A program made the position numbers and the translations under genes. A DNA stretch of 64,000 nt from positions 1 through 64,000 of the forward strand of contig JALJEE010002959.1 in NCBI GenBank assembly GCA_023231475.1. The letters run 5' to 3'. This DNA is from Seison nebaliae (Eukaryota). The notes beneath the pieces are model-generated. The model saw only the letters and a list, made by a program, of their open reading frames with translations, was not told the origin of the DNA and ran no database searches. This document shows, one piece after another, positions 38,801-53,800 of this stretch (position 1 is its first letter; each line of letters opens with the position of its first letter).

Positions 38801-41800
38801 AAATGATTTCATTATATTTTCTTAATTCTCTCGAAATTCCTTTAAAACATTCATTTGGTTTGAGCAAATAATATCGACGATACCAGATAGATAAATCAGT
38901 TGATGTCGAATATTTTTTGATTGAAAGTTGGCGGATGTTTAGTAGATCATCTCGAAATGATTTTATCACATTCCTCACAAGCATTAGTGAGAGCATCGAA
39001 AAATGTAAATTGTATCGAGGATGTCTTTCGGCCATTCTTCAAACCATTTCATTATTGACACAATGTTGAGAGTGATTTCTACTTCCTTTCCTCAACTAAA
39101 ATTGTTCGGGATCTCCAAATGTTTATCTGTTTGTGTGTGTGTGTGTGTGTGAATGTGTGTATGTGTGTGTGGAAGGGGAATGAATGTGAAAACGAGTGAA
39201 ATTTGAAGAGAATTATTTTAACAAAATTAACGATACTGAACATATTTCCGTCGTTCAACTCATTCCTGTCAATTGAGTAGTGTAAATAAGTAGTGGAAGG
39301 AATGGACGAATAGATAACTGGAGGAAACTTCTTCATATGATAAGTGGATATTTGAGTTCAATATTTTCCGTTTGTCGACCGAATATCCTTCGAAATCATC
39401 TAAAGGAGATTTATTTTCATTACAATATTATTAAATAATTTTCGATTGTTCATTAATTGAAAGAAAATTGTCAATTCGCGACAGAAACAAATTATATTTT
39501 TCTTTCTACGACTTTCCCACATAGATCAGTAAAAATAAATGCATCATCAGAATTGTATCAGGAAAATTTAGAAATTTACAGGTTTTTCTTCCTTCAATTT
39601 TTAAAGAATAGGACAGGTTATGTTAAAGTTTCTTAAAGAAACGAAATTTTCATCCGTTTACTAATTCGGTGACCGAGTAGAACAATTCTGAAATCAGAAA
39701 ATCCGGAGGCAAGTTGTATCATTATGGTAATATAAAGTAATACTGACACTGATTTTAGTAAATAATATATTTATTATGAGCACAAGAATTTACATCAATT
39801 ATTTTACGTACTTTTGGCAATGGTCTCCAAATTGTCTAATCGCCGAATTGTACGTGGTTCGATTGAGAAACGTGTGCTGTTTTAGAAGAAGGAACGTGTT
39901 CTCGAACTTTTAATTTTGATGTAGAATTGATGTTGTTCGGAGAGATGGGAAGTGATGAGATATCTACCATATTCTAATTTGTATGAAGTAGTAGAAAGAA
40001 GGTGGATCGATTGGTAAGAGATGATACCGTGGACCACAAACATCTATTGACAGATCAGTCGAATAGATTTTGATAGATTTTTGTCGTCTATTGATGATTT
40101 TTGTGTTTCCTCCCAGACATTTTCCAATTTCATCCTCCAATTTCATCTTGCTTTCTTACTCTCCCAACTAGTATAGAGGCGGATGGTCGATTTGTTATAA
40201 GGGGGAGAATGTTGTTCTTATTTTTTCACCGTTTGTCGTCATCCTCGTTATTTGAGAGATGACTGTTGATATTGGAAGAAGGAATGAGAATTGGTGGAAG
40301 GAGATGATGATTATGACAATAATTTCTTATGATGTATTGAATGTTTGACATAAAATTTCACATATTAATTAAAAGTAAAAATAATTGCAGATACAACGGA
40401 ATAACCATAGAGGATGATTACATCATGATTCTGAAGAGTATTCGATCGTATAATAGTGGAGCGGTGGGGGTGGAACACCTGATAATTCATTTGATGATAT
40501 TTTACGATTATTATCATCAATAATGACGATACAGATGGAATACAAATGAATATTTATAAAGATTTCATTGAATTTTTTCATACGATCTCTCTAAGGGGAA
40601 TGACCAATAATGATGAGGAAATTCTATTCTTTTCTCATCTTCCTCAGAGATTAGATGGTAAGAATGAGAAACCTCTTGTTCATCTACCCAAGTCCTTTTA
40701 TTATTATTTATGAAAACTATTGTTAGTTTCCTTTCTTCAGCTACTTTTAGAAGAACATATAATTTCAATTAATTAAAATCCAGAGAAAAAATTGTCTTTC
40801 ATCTCGTACCTAACAAATTGTTGCTTTGGAGGATGGACAATCGAGAAAAAACTGAATGAGATAATTCGATTAAATTATCGTTAATTTCATACAACTATCC
40901 ATCCCTATCTCATCTCGAATTCCTTCTCAATTCTCTTTGCTTTATTTCATTAACGATGAGTGGCATTTCTTTCTGCTTCGTTGTACATTTTACGATTTCT
41001 CCGGCCAAAAACACTTCAATATTATTTTTTTCTAAAAACTTATTCTGGTTATTTCCAGCTATTAAAATTGGATTTGAATTTTGTCAAAAATTTCCTCTAA
41101 ATTTCTCATCATCACTCTCTTAAAGATCATTTCTCCATTATATTCGAATCGTCTCGTTAATTTGGAATAATATTATCAGTTTGTCTTGTCAAGAGTGGAA
41201 TTGGAGCATATATTTTGCTCAGTTATGATGGATAATGTAGTCATGTACTCATGAGATCAACGAACAAATGGGCACAAACGGCGTATCAATTAATCGCCGT
41301 AATTGCCAGTGTTTCTTTCAGTTACTCTTCATTGATATCGATCGAGAGAAATGGAATAGATCATCACATTATTTACAAGAATCATCGAAGATCGATTGAT
41401 TGGAACAAATCGATTAAACGATATCGTCGATCATCACCAATATGTGACGACTATCTCATTGTACGAGTGAGAATAGCTCATGTGGATGAGAGAAGTATAC
41501 ACGTACGATATAAATTACGACCACCATCAACACACGATCAATGTGAACGATTGATGGAGAGACAGAAACATTATCCCGGTAAGTCATCCTCCTTCCCAAG
41601 TCAACAACGAGTGGTGGAACGACGTCTATTTCAACTTGACATTACAACTGCTGTCATCAAATGCTTCGTCGATCGACATCTATTCAAAGAATCTCAACGA
41701 AAGATCTCCGATTTGTATAAGGAAGTTGAATATGTTTTCGACGATCTGAAACCATTTACGAAATATCGAATCACTTTCGATTTGTACGACGAATTACGTC

Positions 41801-44800
41801 GACGCATTCCAATTACATCATTTCAATTTGATGCTGTAACGAAACAAAGCGGTTTGGCTTCAACTTATCGCTTCTAGCTCTTTCTGAAGAATATTCATTG
41901 GAATATTCTCATTTCCATCTTTCGACGTCATCTAACCAGATTGTCTGGTTTTCCTATTAATGATTTGGTGGTTAAGAGGAAAACTAATTTCATTTTCTTT
42001 CCGATTCATTACGTTATTTATTGAGATGACGAAACTATTATCATTTGTCCATTTCTCTCATTTTCATTCTCCAAAAAACCGTCATCATTACCATCATCAT
42101 AATTCTGACTATTCATTGATCATTAGTTAAAAAGAATGATGTATTTCTTATCAACAAAATTTCTAATTTTATTCATTTTGTTGATTATAGTGCCGAGTGA
42201 ACCATTAGATGTAATGGCCAGTATTCATAACTCAACCGCAATCAGAGTCAGTTGGCGTCCGCCCAAATACCATAACGGAGAAATCCGTTCATATGGTGTC
42301 AAATATCTGGCATTTGGAGATGAATCGAAGGTTTTGCATTTCATTCATTATTATTCTCTTATTTTCGACGATTTTGTTATTAGAAAGGAAAAATCGATTT
42401 AACGGCAAATCATCGTTCAGTCACTATCACATCTTTGTTACCTGAAACCAAATATATTTTAAGTGTCTTCGCTAATACAATTGCTGGTGATGGAAAGCAT
42501 AGTTCCGAAATCGAAGTCACAACACCATCATTAAGTTTTTTTCATAAATTCCTATTCGGTTTCTATCTCCGTTTTTAGAACCGTTAACTGCCATAGGTTT
42601 TAACGCCTACATTGAACATTCCAATAAGAAAGGTGCGATAGCAAACGGTAATTCTGGATTACTTATCGTTGTGCATTGGACTTATTCGCGGAAAGCATTC
42701 ATTCTACCTGAATTCTTCAATTTATGGGTTTGGAGAAGGAGTTTCCCATTGACATCGAATAGTCAGAAGAAACCACCGTCATATTTAATAGCCGGTCCGA
42801 TTCGAATTGAACGTCGTGCTACAAGTAGTTACAGTTATTCAATGAAAGCTGGTTAGTTGTAATGAAAGAAAATTTGCTTGTTCTTCAAATATCTTCATCT
42901 TCTCTTCTCAGCATATGGTTATTGTTACGAATTTTCGTTGGAAAGTCGAACGAGAAAATTTCGAGGAGAAAGAAATGCAACGACGAGATTATGCACTTGG
43001 AATATGTCTCCAATTTATTTGCAGAAGGCAGTGAGTAAATTGAATATCTCTATCGATACAAACAAGTACGAAGCATATCATGATGATAATTCGAACGTGA
43101 ATCCTCAAACATTTCCTCAAATATCATCGAAATTTAGAAGCAGTTTAGTTTCTGATTTTTTTCTTCTTCTTTTCTCGAAGTTCGAGACTCGTAAATTATG
43201 TGAATAAAAAATAAGATAAAATTTCCTCATTTACCTCAACTAACTAATGAGAATGATGAAAATGGGGAAGACTATAAGGAGAATAGCGATAATGATTGAT
43301 TTGAATAATCTAATTAAAAAGAAATTATATATAGCAGATCACTTTACCTTCCTCGCAGTCAATGTTCTTCTTCTTTAGCGCAGTTCTTTAACCGAATTTC
43401 ACTTCGACATTCCTCTTTGACGTATCGTTCCACTAAACAAATGGGAATTGGTAAACGAAATAATTCTTCCGAATATTTTCACAAAAACAGCATCTTTATG
43501 GAAATTTAATCGTCTATTATATTTTCAAGAACTACATTCCCTCGTGTGATAAGGTAAAGAAAAAATAATTTCATAATTGTTCTGCGTACCTTCCACGAAA
43601 CAGGAAATGTCAAAAATTAAATTGGTGGAAAGTTACATAAAAAAGAGGAGGGAATGAATTGAGCATAATTTTTTCTTCTTCCAAATGAATTCCTTGTGAA
43701 ATATTTTAGAGTAAGTGTATAGTATTGGGTGAATTATTTAATGAATGAATAATTGTGTAAACCGTTTTCTTTTGCACCGAATAGAATTAAATTCGTAATT
43801 AGTCCAATATCATGATAGAAATTCTTCTAATTCTTTTCCTCCTTCAGAATCAGAAAGAATGACAGTCTCTAGAATTGTAATTATTGTTTCATAAATTTCC
43901 CATTTAAGTATTGAGCATTAGTTCCAATTTAAGAAGGATCTCATCCGTTAAAGTTGTAAGGGGAAATTAATTTTTTCGTTAACATTAATTCAAATTCATG
44001 TACACAAATTCATATTCGATAGGCAATACTCATCTATTGGAACAACCTTTCGAAACCTTCAATTCTCCAATAGGCCAAGAAATTTTTTACGAAAGAAAAT
44101 CTAGGTTGAAAAATCTGGAGAAAATATTTTGAATTTGTTGAACACAGTCCCAAATCAAATCGACGGATAGTTCGTAAAATGTGAGGAAGAAGAATATGGA
44201 ATATTCTTTGCATTTAATTATCTCATTATAGTTCGCATTATATCATAAATTTAGGAGGAAATTCCCCATCTGTCTCGTAGTACATGAAACGCATACTTGC
44301 TATTCTTATATCGATTGTACATGAGCGCTCGTTTTCTTTTATTCGATAACGAATGAACTTGCACTTTACACAATTTCTCCGTAATTTGCTTACGATTGTC
44401 CTTTTATTCATATTAAATTTCCTACTCCACTTCTCCTTTCTCCACCGAACGAAAATGAGTTGGAATATGTATCATATAACTGGAAGAGAAGAACTGTAAC
44501 TATTACCACTATTTTTGGTTTGAAATTGTACATGGTGCCATTATACTTGAATAATAAGGAATGTACAACATATTTAGTTATTCGACGACGACGACGATGA
44601 TGACGATGATGACGACGAGGAACCTAGGGCACCGTAATAGAATTATGGAATAATTTCTTGTGTTATTTGTTAATCAATTCATTACTCTCATTTTTCCATA
44701 TGAAAAGCAATATATTCTTCTATGTGTATCATATGTTATTGTTGTTGTTGTTATTGTTGTGATCATTTATTATGATTATTATCAATATTTACAATTTTTA

Positions 44801-47800
44801 TCAAGCTAAAAGATATAGAGTATTATTCGACTGATCACAATGGACGATTTATTCGTACGAATATACATCTGTGAGATTATCCATAGATGCATTAAATAAA
44901 AAGTATCGTTTCTTTTATATGAATCTGGGAGAGGTCCCTATAGATATACAGTCGAAAAGTAGAAAGTAAAAGTAGTCTCAGAAAAAAATACAGTCTAATT
45001 TTCTTCTTCTTTCTTCATCGAATTCTATATGACAAAAAATAAAATAAATTTAGAAGAAAAAACTTTCTCGCACACTTCCTTTCACCATATCCTTCTTGTG
45101 ATGTGTACCAGATATTATTATTAGTATAATTATTATTATTTAGTACAATCTTTCATATCGATCAAATAATAATTTCCACCAACATTCGAAATGGAGGAGA
45201 TTGGTGTGCAGAAGTTCATCCTATTCGATTGATGGAGAAGATAGAGGACGATATGTATATGCCGACACGGAAACATGTGACTTGACTGCTGTAGTTATAT
45301 CGGAAAAGTAATCAATTCTCGATTTCTACTATGTTCCACTGATAATTCCCATTGGAACTGAACATATCTTTATCGAAACGTCAATCGATCTAATGAATAG
45401 TCTCATATTACTATTTATGTAGATTGAGCTTACATCCTTACTCTGCACGAAAAATGCTCGATGTATTTTATGAGTTTAATTAGAACGTATTGATCGATTG
45501 TCGTGTGTATGCAAGAGAAGAAAAGAATGCCACAAACTCCATTTAACCAGAAGCTGTCGGGAATAGCGGGCAAATGACAAACCGATAAAATTTAGGACAT
45601 ACCTATTCAACTGATCGTACATACTCTAACTGATATGTATTTATGGTTTTATGTTTTTCTAATGTATATAAATATATATATATATATCTTCGTTCCTTCA
45701 TTCGTTCGAGAACGAATATGAATGATGAATGCATGATTCTTCCATTTTTCCGTTTCATTCCAGTTTAATGATATTTATTTATGTAAAAAAGAATTTTATG
45801 AGTTTTATTTGAAATATTTAATATTTCTTCCGATCATTCGTCCAATTTTATAATCAAAATGCAAATCATTCAGTTAATTACAATCTCCAAACAAAAACAT
45901 AAACACCAAACTAATAAACAACTTTTTAAATCGATATCCGATCTCCTTCTCTTTCATCAACTCATATAATTACTTTAGTTAATTCCTAAATTAGTTTAAT
46001 CACATCTAATCCTTTTCTTTTGTTTTCTCAAATTACAGTTATCGAATTATGTTTTATGAGAACATCACTCTCATATGAGTAGTTTGATATTCATTTTTGA
46101 CCAATAACGAGCAGCAGCTGCACCCTATTCAACGGAAATGTATCTTGTGGTTATTAATCCGGTTTTCTTCTTCACCTATTCTCTACTGCATGAATCCATC
46201 AATTATTGTGCAATATTAGGAAATAGACGACATCATTGCTCGATATATATTTATGTGTGCGTGTGTGTGAGGAGAGTAATCTGAGAAAGAAATAGTATTT
46301 GTAGGAAGAAGGAACTGTTGTTCGTGCAGTCATCGAGAATTCATATATTGAATAGTTGAGCATGCAATTTCATTGTATAAGTGGATTTGTGACAGAAAGA
46401 ATGAGAAAAAGGAAGAAATTCCTCTTCTTCCCATGCTCAGGATTAGGTGGAGGGGTAGAAGGAATAATTTTTAAATGAATTTCTGATTCTTAAATTGTAA
46501 GGATGAAATGAGAACGAATTGTGTCAGGAAATAAGTAGCATAGAACAATTGAAGAATAAACTTTTATTTGAATGATGTTTCCTCTCACGCTAAAATACTA
46601 TTAAAAAAAAGTAAAGAAACAATTCCGCTAATAAGTGATCGTCGAGAGAAATATCGATATCATTCGTCCGTTTCTCGTCTACTCAATCGAAGTTTGTAAC
46701 GGTAAGACTAACTAATATTAGTTATATTGCCACAATCAACAACTTAATACTACAATCTGATAGTGAGCGAATGATTGGGCGGACTAAGTGAAAGTTCTAC
46801 TGTACACACGAGTAATATGGGAGAAACCATACATTTTCAGTAGTTCAACTACTATGGATATTTGAGAGGAAAAAATGAACGACTCTCACAATTGCATAGT
46901 GATGACAAAACCGATTTATATACATAATTGTTATTTCATTCTACATTGTAGTTTCTCCTTCAGAAATTTGACGGAATATGTGATGAATATATGAATATCT
47001 CCTAGAGAATATTTATTATTCCATATCATTATTTATTTCCACTTTTTTCTCCTTTAACTTTCTCATTCCTCTTTTTCGATTTTCAATCGAAAGATCCTCG
47101 CCCGTTTTCCTTCGATTGACTTCTCCTATTAGCATTTTCCGTTCAATGAACATCATTTCCAAACTGACGGGAAGATGTAGTACTATATGTCCTGTGTGCC
47201 CAACTTCGGTCCCAGTTGTTATTAAATATTACAATGATTAGATAGACAATTGGAGAATGGAATATTCATTTTTTCCTTCCCCCCTCCTCCCATTGTTCTC
47301 AGCTTCCCCAACTATGACGAAATAATTGGTAAGAATCAACTGCAAATTGTCATTGTATTTCCTTCGTTATGATGCCTTTTTCTCCTCCATTCTTCTCCAG
47401 CGTGACATCGACAGAAATTGACAGCGGAAAACATCCTAATCGTACTAGAGGAAAGAAAAACGGTTTTTTTTTCTGGTGATAATTCACTGAAAAGATTGAT
47501 ATGCACTTAATGGGAGTTAAAGAAAAATAAAGAATACATTCTCTTCAAATTATCTAATCATGCCAATATTCTCCCCCATTCATTGCGCAAGCATTATTCG
47601 ACGGTCGATAGTTACATGTTTTCTCTTAAGAATAACGAGACACAACTGCATAAGTAACGACTCTGAGTAATTGGAATGAGACATAACCAATATTCAGGAA
47701 ATAACCTTATACTTCACATTTATGAAACTTTCACATATATATCTTTCCAATTTCCTCACAACAAATTAAATTTTCTTTCTTTTCATTTATTGCAACAACC

Positions 47801-50800
47801 AATTTCACATTGTAGTAATTTTTTAAAGAAATTTAATATAATTTTTGTTAATAAGAATTTAACCATTTTTTTTTAAATTTTTTCAATAAAAAGTAAATGA
47901 AGAACATTAGAAATCGAAAAACTATTGTAGATTGGATGGTGAGATGTGATGAAAGCAATCCCCATAAAAAATCTCAATATTTTTTAATGAAAGAAATGAA
48001 CGAAATTGAAATGAATGTGCTAAAACTGATTTGGCATGTTAGTTGAGGAAATGTTGGTGAGTGTTCTACTAGTACACAGTTTGATAAGGAGGATGATGTT
48101 CAGGGGATAAGTGTAGATTCGATGTTCATAACTCATATGTCGTTCATTAAGAATAGGAATTGAGAAGGAGGAAGAAGTGCGAATTTAATTGTTCCAATTT
48201 CCTCAATTTTTTTTAGGAATAATACAAAATTCACGCCCTTTTGGTTAGATGACGTCGTTTTCTGATTTGGTATTGAGATCGACGATACCACTAATAATGT
48301 TCGTCACACATTCTCATCTGAATCGATCTTTCGTATTATTATTCATGCGATTGAGGGATTGTAGGAGCGCATCATCTCTACCTTCGGCATTATTGTCCTC
48401 TCACTCGACATTTCTTTTTTTCCATTAAAAATTGTTGATGGAATTCCTTATTCATTCATGTTTCCCAATTCCATCGTCAATGCCCCCAATCTTTCCTAAT
48501 ATAATCTGTGCATTTTAATGAAAAATATTAATAATAAACGGTAATATTCGGAATATATTCGGGAAAATAGAAGACGACAACACCCAATTGACTGTTATAA
48601 GAAAATTTTATATTCCACAATCATCGTTTAGATTCTGTTCATTTAATTTCGAGAGATTATATCAGAATGTTGAACTGAGGTGATTTGGAACATTATGAGA
48701 ATATAATTAATATTTATTGATTAGTTTTTCTTCGCTTGTTTCTTGTTTTTCCGATTCAATAAGAATAATAAGTTGGAGAGAAATGATTAGAATCTTTTTA
48801 ATAGAAAGGAGAAAGTTAATTTCCTTTTGAAGTCGAAAGGAAATGGATGGCGTTCAATTAGAACATTGTCCAAGAGAGTCGTCCCTAACCATCTAATGGT
48901 TTGGGATACAATGAATGTTGGTTGTTATGTTGCCTTAGTCGATGATGGAGATGAAATGGATTTTTAAGGAAGTGTACTGATTTTTTATATTCAAATGAAA
49001 TTATCTTTCTACTACGTATCATATTTACTCCGTGTTTTCCCTCCCACCGACATTATCTAATATGATGGAATCATTTAGCAGAAAGAACAATATCAGTATG
49101 AAAGGAAATTATATTTATGAATGTTACCTTTATTTATGAAGAGTAGTAACCACTCTTCTTCTATTCGATTCGTGAACATTCACTCCAATTGAGCGATCTG
49201 AACAATGTTTCAATGCACATAAACCAGAGTGACAATGTGCACGTTTAATGTAGGAAGTTGCTGAACATATTAGTCCATGGCAGGGGTGTTAGAAGAGACA
49301 AGTTACTTGTATTATCTCCCACGATAATACAAGTAATATAGAAGACGAATTTGAAAATGCTTCTCATTTCTAATATTGGAAAAACATTGCTGGTGGTAAT
49401 AATGTCGGAGAATACTGTCATTTCCTTTCTAATAAAATTTTCTTATTAGAAATTCTATTGTGTCAATATATTATGCAATAGGTGCTTGTTCGATCATACT
49501 ATCATTCTTCGATATATGACACGTTCTAAATTAATGTCGACATCTACCCATTTGCATCATGGCGAATGATGGAATTTTTCTTCTTCTTCTTCTTCTTCTT
49601 CATCTTCTTTCCACATTATCATCGTTGTGATGATGTGAACATGAATTATGCGAATTAACGAATTTCATAATGAACATGTTATGATGAATCAACTGGGCGA
49701 CTGGTAGAAAGGAAACGATAATTGAAATGAAGTTATTGATCTCTTGTTAAATTATCAGAGTTTCATCATGAGAATCGAAATAAGACAAATTCAATTCTTT
49801 TAATCGAATTTGTAAAACTCATCAGAACTCCAATGAAGATCTCTTCTCTAACGATCTGAGAAGGAATTCATTCTCTCCTTGCCATTTTAATACTTATCTC
49901 ATTATTCACTTCATATGAATTAGATAAATTACCTTTCTCCGTTTGGTGTGTGTTGATGAAAACATTTCTTTGTTATCTATCAAAGAAGATGGAAATGTTT
50001 CGTCGAACCATAAATTGACAGTCGATGACATGAACATTATTCGGAAATGTTCTTCCATTTTATTCTATTACTTCGATGGCCAATGACGATATCTTATTTC
50101 AACATTACTTTCATCGCAATTCTTTTCGTGCTCATGAGAACTACACGTCTCACTTCTCCTGGAAGACACGACGTCTATAAGAATGTCTACGAAGATATCT
50201 CGAAGAATGTCGACGATCATGTCCTTTACACGTACGAAGCGAAAACTTCCAATATCAAAGGTTTCAACTCCTACCATTCCCAATCATCGAACCTTCTGAG
50301 AAGATAAATTGAAAAATTACTAAACTTAATACTAAAAAAATTTATGGAAATAAAAAGGAAATTTAATTTTTTAGGAAATTAAAGAAAAAATTATTAAGAA
50401 ATTCCATTGACATATTTGAAGCAGTAGAAATTCTATTAAACTTCTCCTTTTTCACTCTTTCAAAACAATTTAATTATTAATTTTTTTTTTAGAATCGTTG
50501 GACCAACCAAATAATCTGGGATTATCACACATCTCTCCAAACGCAGTACGAATTGTGTGGGAAGTGCCACATGTGATGGAAAGCAGCACAATCGCATCAT
50601 ATCAAGTACGCTACAAAATAGTGACGAGAGAATATCATGGGAACCGTACAAAGACACCAGAAGGCCTCCTCTTATCTGATTCGAATTCGAATATCACCAA
50701 CACCTCTTCCAATTTCATCGAGTTGCATCATCTTCAACCGGAAACTGAATATATCATCCAAGTGACACCGTGGCTACAAATTGCCACCTCCGACTATCAG

Positions 50801-53800
50801 AGTCCAATTACTTTTCATATAGAAAAAGGGAAATCGTCGGAAACTTTTAGTTTCGTTACACTTTCCGTTAATCAACCAGCACCGCAAATTATTCGAGTGG
50901 ATCGACCTGATCCAGGTACTATCATCAATCTGGAATGGGAACCTGTGCGCGACATTTATGGACGACACGTTCCCGTCTATCGTGTCTGGTATTCGGATGG
51001 TGGTCATTGGAATGAAGTCGTCGTACCTAATCGAACGCAAATCCGTTTGACGAATTTGCGGCCTCGTGCCAGTTATATTGTAGCGGTCCAATCTACATCT
51101 TTGAGAGGAAATACTTTAGTGTTTGGGAACATGTCCGAACATCATGTATTACGTCCTTTCACCGGTTATATTCATGATAATGATATACCGAAACCGATCC
51201 GTTTACAAATTATAGAAATGTCGGCCGATTCCGCCAAATTGAGATGGTTCGAACCGATGTTCCCTGATAGTCATGAAAATCGATTGAAGAGTTATATCAT
51301 CACATATGGTGGTAATGGCGAGAAGAAGTTTGTGAATATGTTCGGGAAAGAACAATCGTTGAGAATTGAAAAGAAGACGACTAATCGAATTCCTGCAAAT
51401 CAAAGAAGAACCGATTGGCTAATAACGAATTTGGAACCGAATACTCAATATTATTTTAATGTATCATCAGTGACAAATGACAATCGTATAAGTCAACCAA
51501 TATCCGTCATCAATGCGACGAAAGAAAGTGTACCAAAATTTTTAACGGCACCGGCTGTAATCGGTGCAGGAAAAGGCAATGTAGTTTGGTTGAAATTAAC
51601 ACAAACTACTCAGAGATATGGAAAGGTAAATTATTATCTTCTCTTTGTTCTTATGCAGAATTCGAGCGAACGAATCAGTACGAATTCTATACATCTATTC
51701 GACGACCGTAATGTGTTGAGAGATCGACGTCAAGATATTCCGTTCGACATACATGAAATTTATTCGGTCGATTCTCTCAGAAATCGATACAAGAGAAATT
51801 TGAAGTCAGATATCACTTATCCAAATCAGAGGAATGATTCGTTATATATTTCGGCGAATATATCGAGTGAAAATTTCGTTAAAGAATTCCCGTTAGGTGA
51901 TGGAAAATTTTATAATAATTTTATCAATCGAAAACTTCATGACAAAGTTTTCTATCGTGTTTTTTTGAGGGCGTGTGGCAATTCTGATCAATCTAATCAT
52001 TATGTGAGTAGTACGTTCAGTAACTGGTTCACCACGAAAGATGTCTACAAAACGAAAACGTCAGGAGTTTCGACGAATTTGCGCAATTCGTCAATCTATG
52101 ATGGTTTGCATGCAGGTAATAATTCGGGTGATAAACAAAGAAAGAATATCAGTCTAATTTGGATTATTGGAAGTGTTTGTGCAATCATCTTCTCCTTATT
52201 GATTTGTGTGTGTGCCATATTATTTTATCGAAGTAATTATGGAAAACGAAAGAGCCATAATCGAAACCGCCATATTCATCATCAGAAGAATGAAGAACAA
52301 AACGGTCTGATTAATGGGAAGATATCGAAACGATTAAAACATCAACAACAACTTGATGCGGAGCAGACGCAATTGCAGAATGAATATAAAAATATTATCG
52401 GTAATGATTTACATCCAGATGATATTGATGGTCAATTGAATCAGATGGATAACTGTAAAATTCCATTAGTTATTTCAGAAAAAACTAATAATGCTTCCGG
52501 ACTAACTGCCAATGGAATCACTAACAAGACAACAGCAACAACAACAACCACACACATGTCGAATAATATGACAAATACATTGCACATAAATAAGAAGAAC
52601 AACAACAACAGTGACAATAAAATGACGAATGAAATCGATAATGAGATGCGAAATCATTTTAAGTTGATACAAAATTCAAATTCGTCAAATTGTCCAAATC
52701 CGTCGTCGAATATACAAAACGGAAATTTATTAACTGTTGGCGATGCGAATCAACAACCGACGGATTTGTATATTTCAACCGACTGTGTATTGACGAGTAG
52801 TGCTGGAAATGGTACGGGAATCTCCGAATTATCATCAATGGCATTATCGTCGTCCGGTGGATTCTATAATAGTTCGATGCCTTTCCACATGAATGAGAAG
52901 AATCGATTAAAAAGTTATTGTTCAGCAACGACCGCTAATAATGATCCGGTAGATGCAGTGGAAGCATTGAGATCACAAAATACGAATACATCGTTACATA
53001 TGCATCCTCCCATACCAGCAGAACGATTACAATCGTATATCGAATATTTGAAGACGAATGATTCCATAGAATTGACAAGAGAATATGAATCGATTGAAAC
53101 GGGACAACAATTCGCTTGGAATATTTCCTTATTACCACAAAATCGATCGAAGAATCGTTATGCTAATGTCGTTTCATATAATCATTCGCGAGTGATATTA
53201 GAACCTATGAATTCGAATACTAAAAATATACTCTCCCCATCTAATCTCGGTACATCATCATTAGATGGTGAAAGTAATGATTATATTAACGCCAATTATA
53301 TTAGTGGATATCGTCGATCGAAAGCGTACATAGCAACTCAGGGACCATTACCAGAGACGTTTGTTGATTTCTGGAGGATGATTTGGCAAGAGAAGACTCC
53401 CATAATTGTTATGTTGTGTCAATTGGAAGAGAAGAATCGTATTAAATGTGACCAATATTGGCCGTCTCGTGAAAGTGAACAATATGGGAATATTGTCGTT
53501 CATTTATTAGAGTGCACCGAGTATGCATACTTTACTATACGTCTCTTCCGTCTTCATTTGATGGATCCAATGAATCAGGAACAATCCCAACAACAACCAC
53601 AACAACAACAATATCATCAAGTTAGACAATTTCAATATACGGCATGGCCCGAACATGGCGTACCAGAATATCCAACGGCATTTATTATGTTTGTTCGACG
53701 AATTCAAATTTGGAAGAGGAAATTATTCGAACGACAATATTTAAGTGATTATTCTCATGATGAATTCTCCACACCATCACCCAGTACGACAACGAACACG

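Noticed and set aside
21009..40768. Many 60-176 aa ORFs outside the LAR exons (e.g. 22439-22969, 30031-30354, 31913-32227)
   Set aside because: F/I/L/S-rich composition typical of random AT-rich DNA, with no domains or coherent exon chains.
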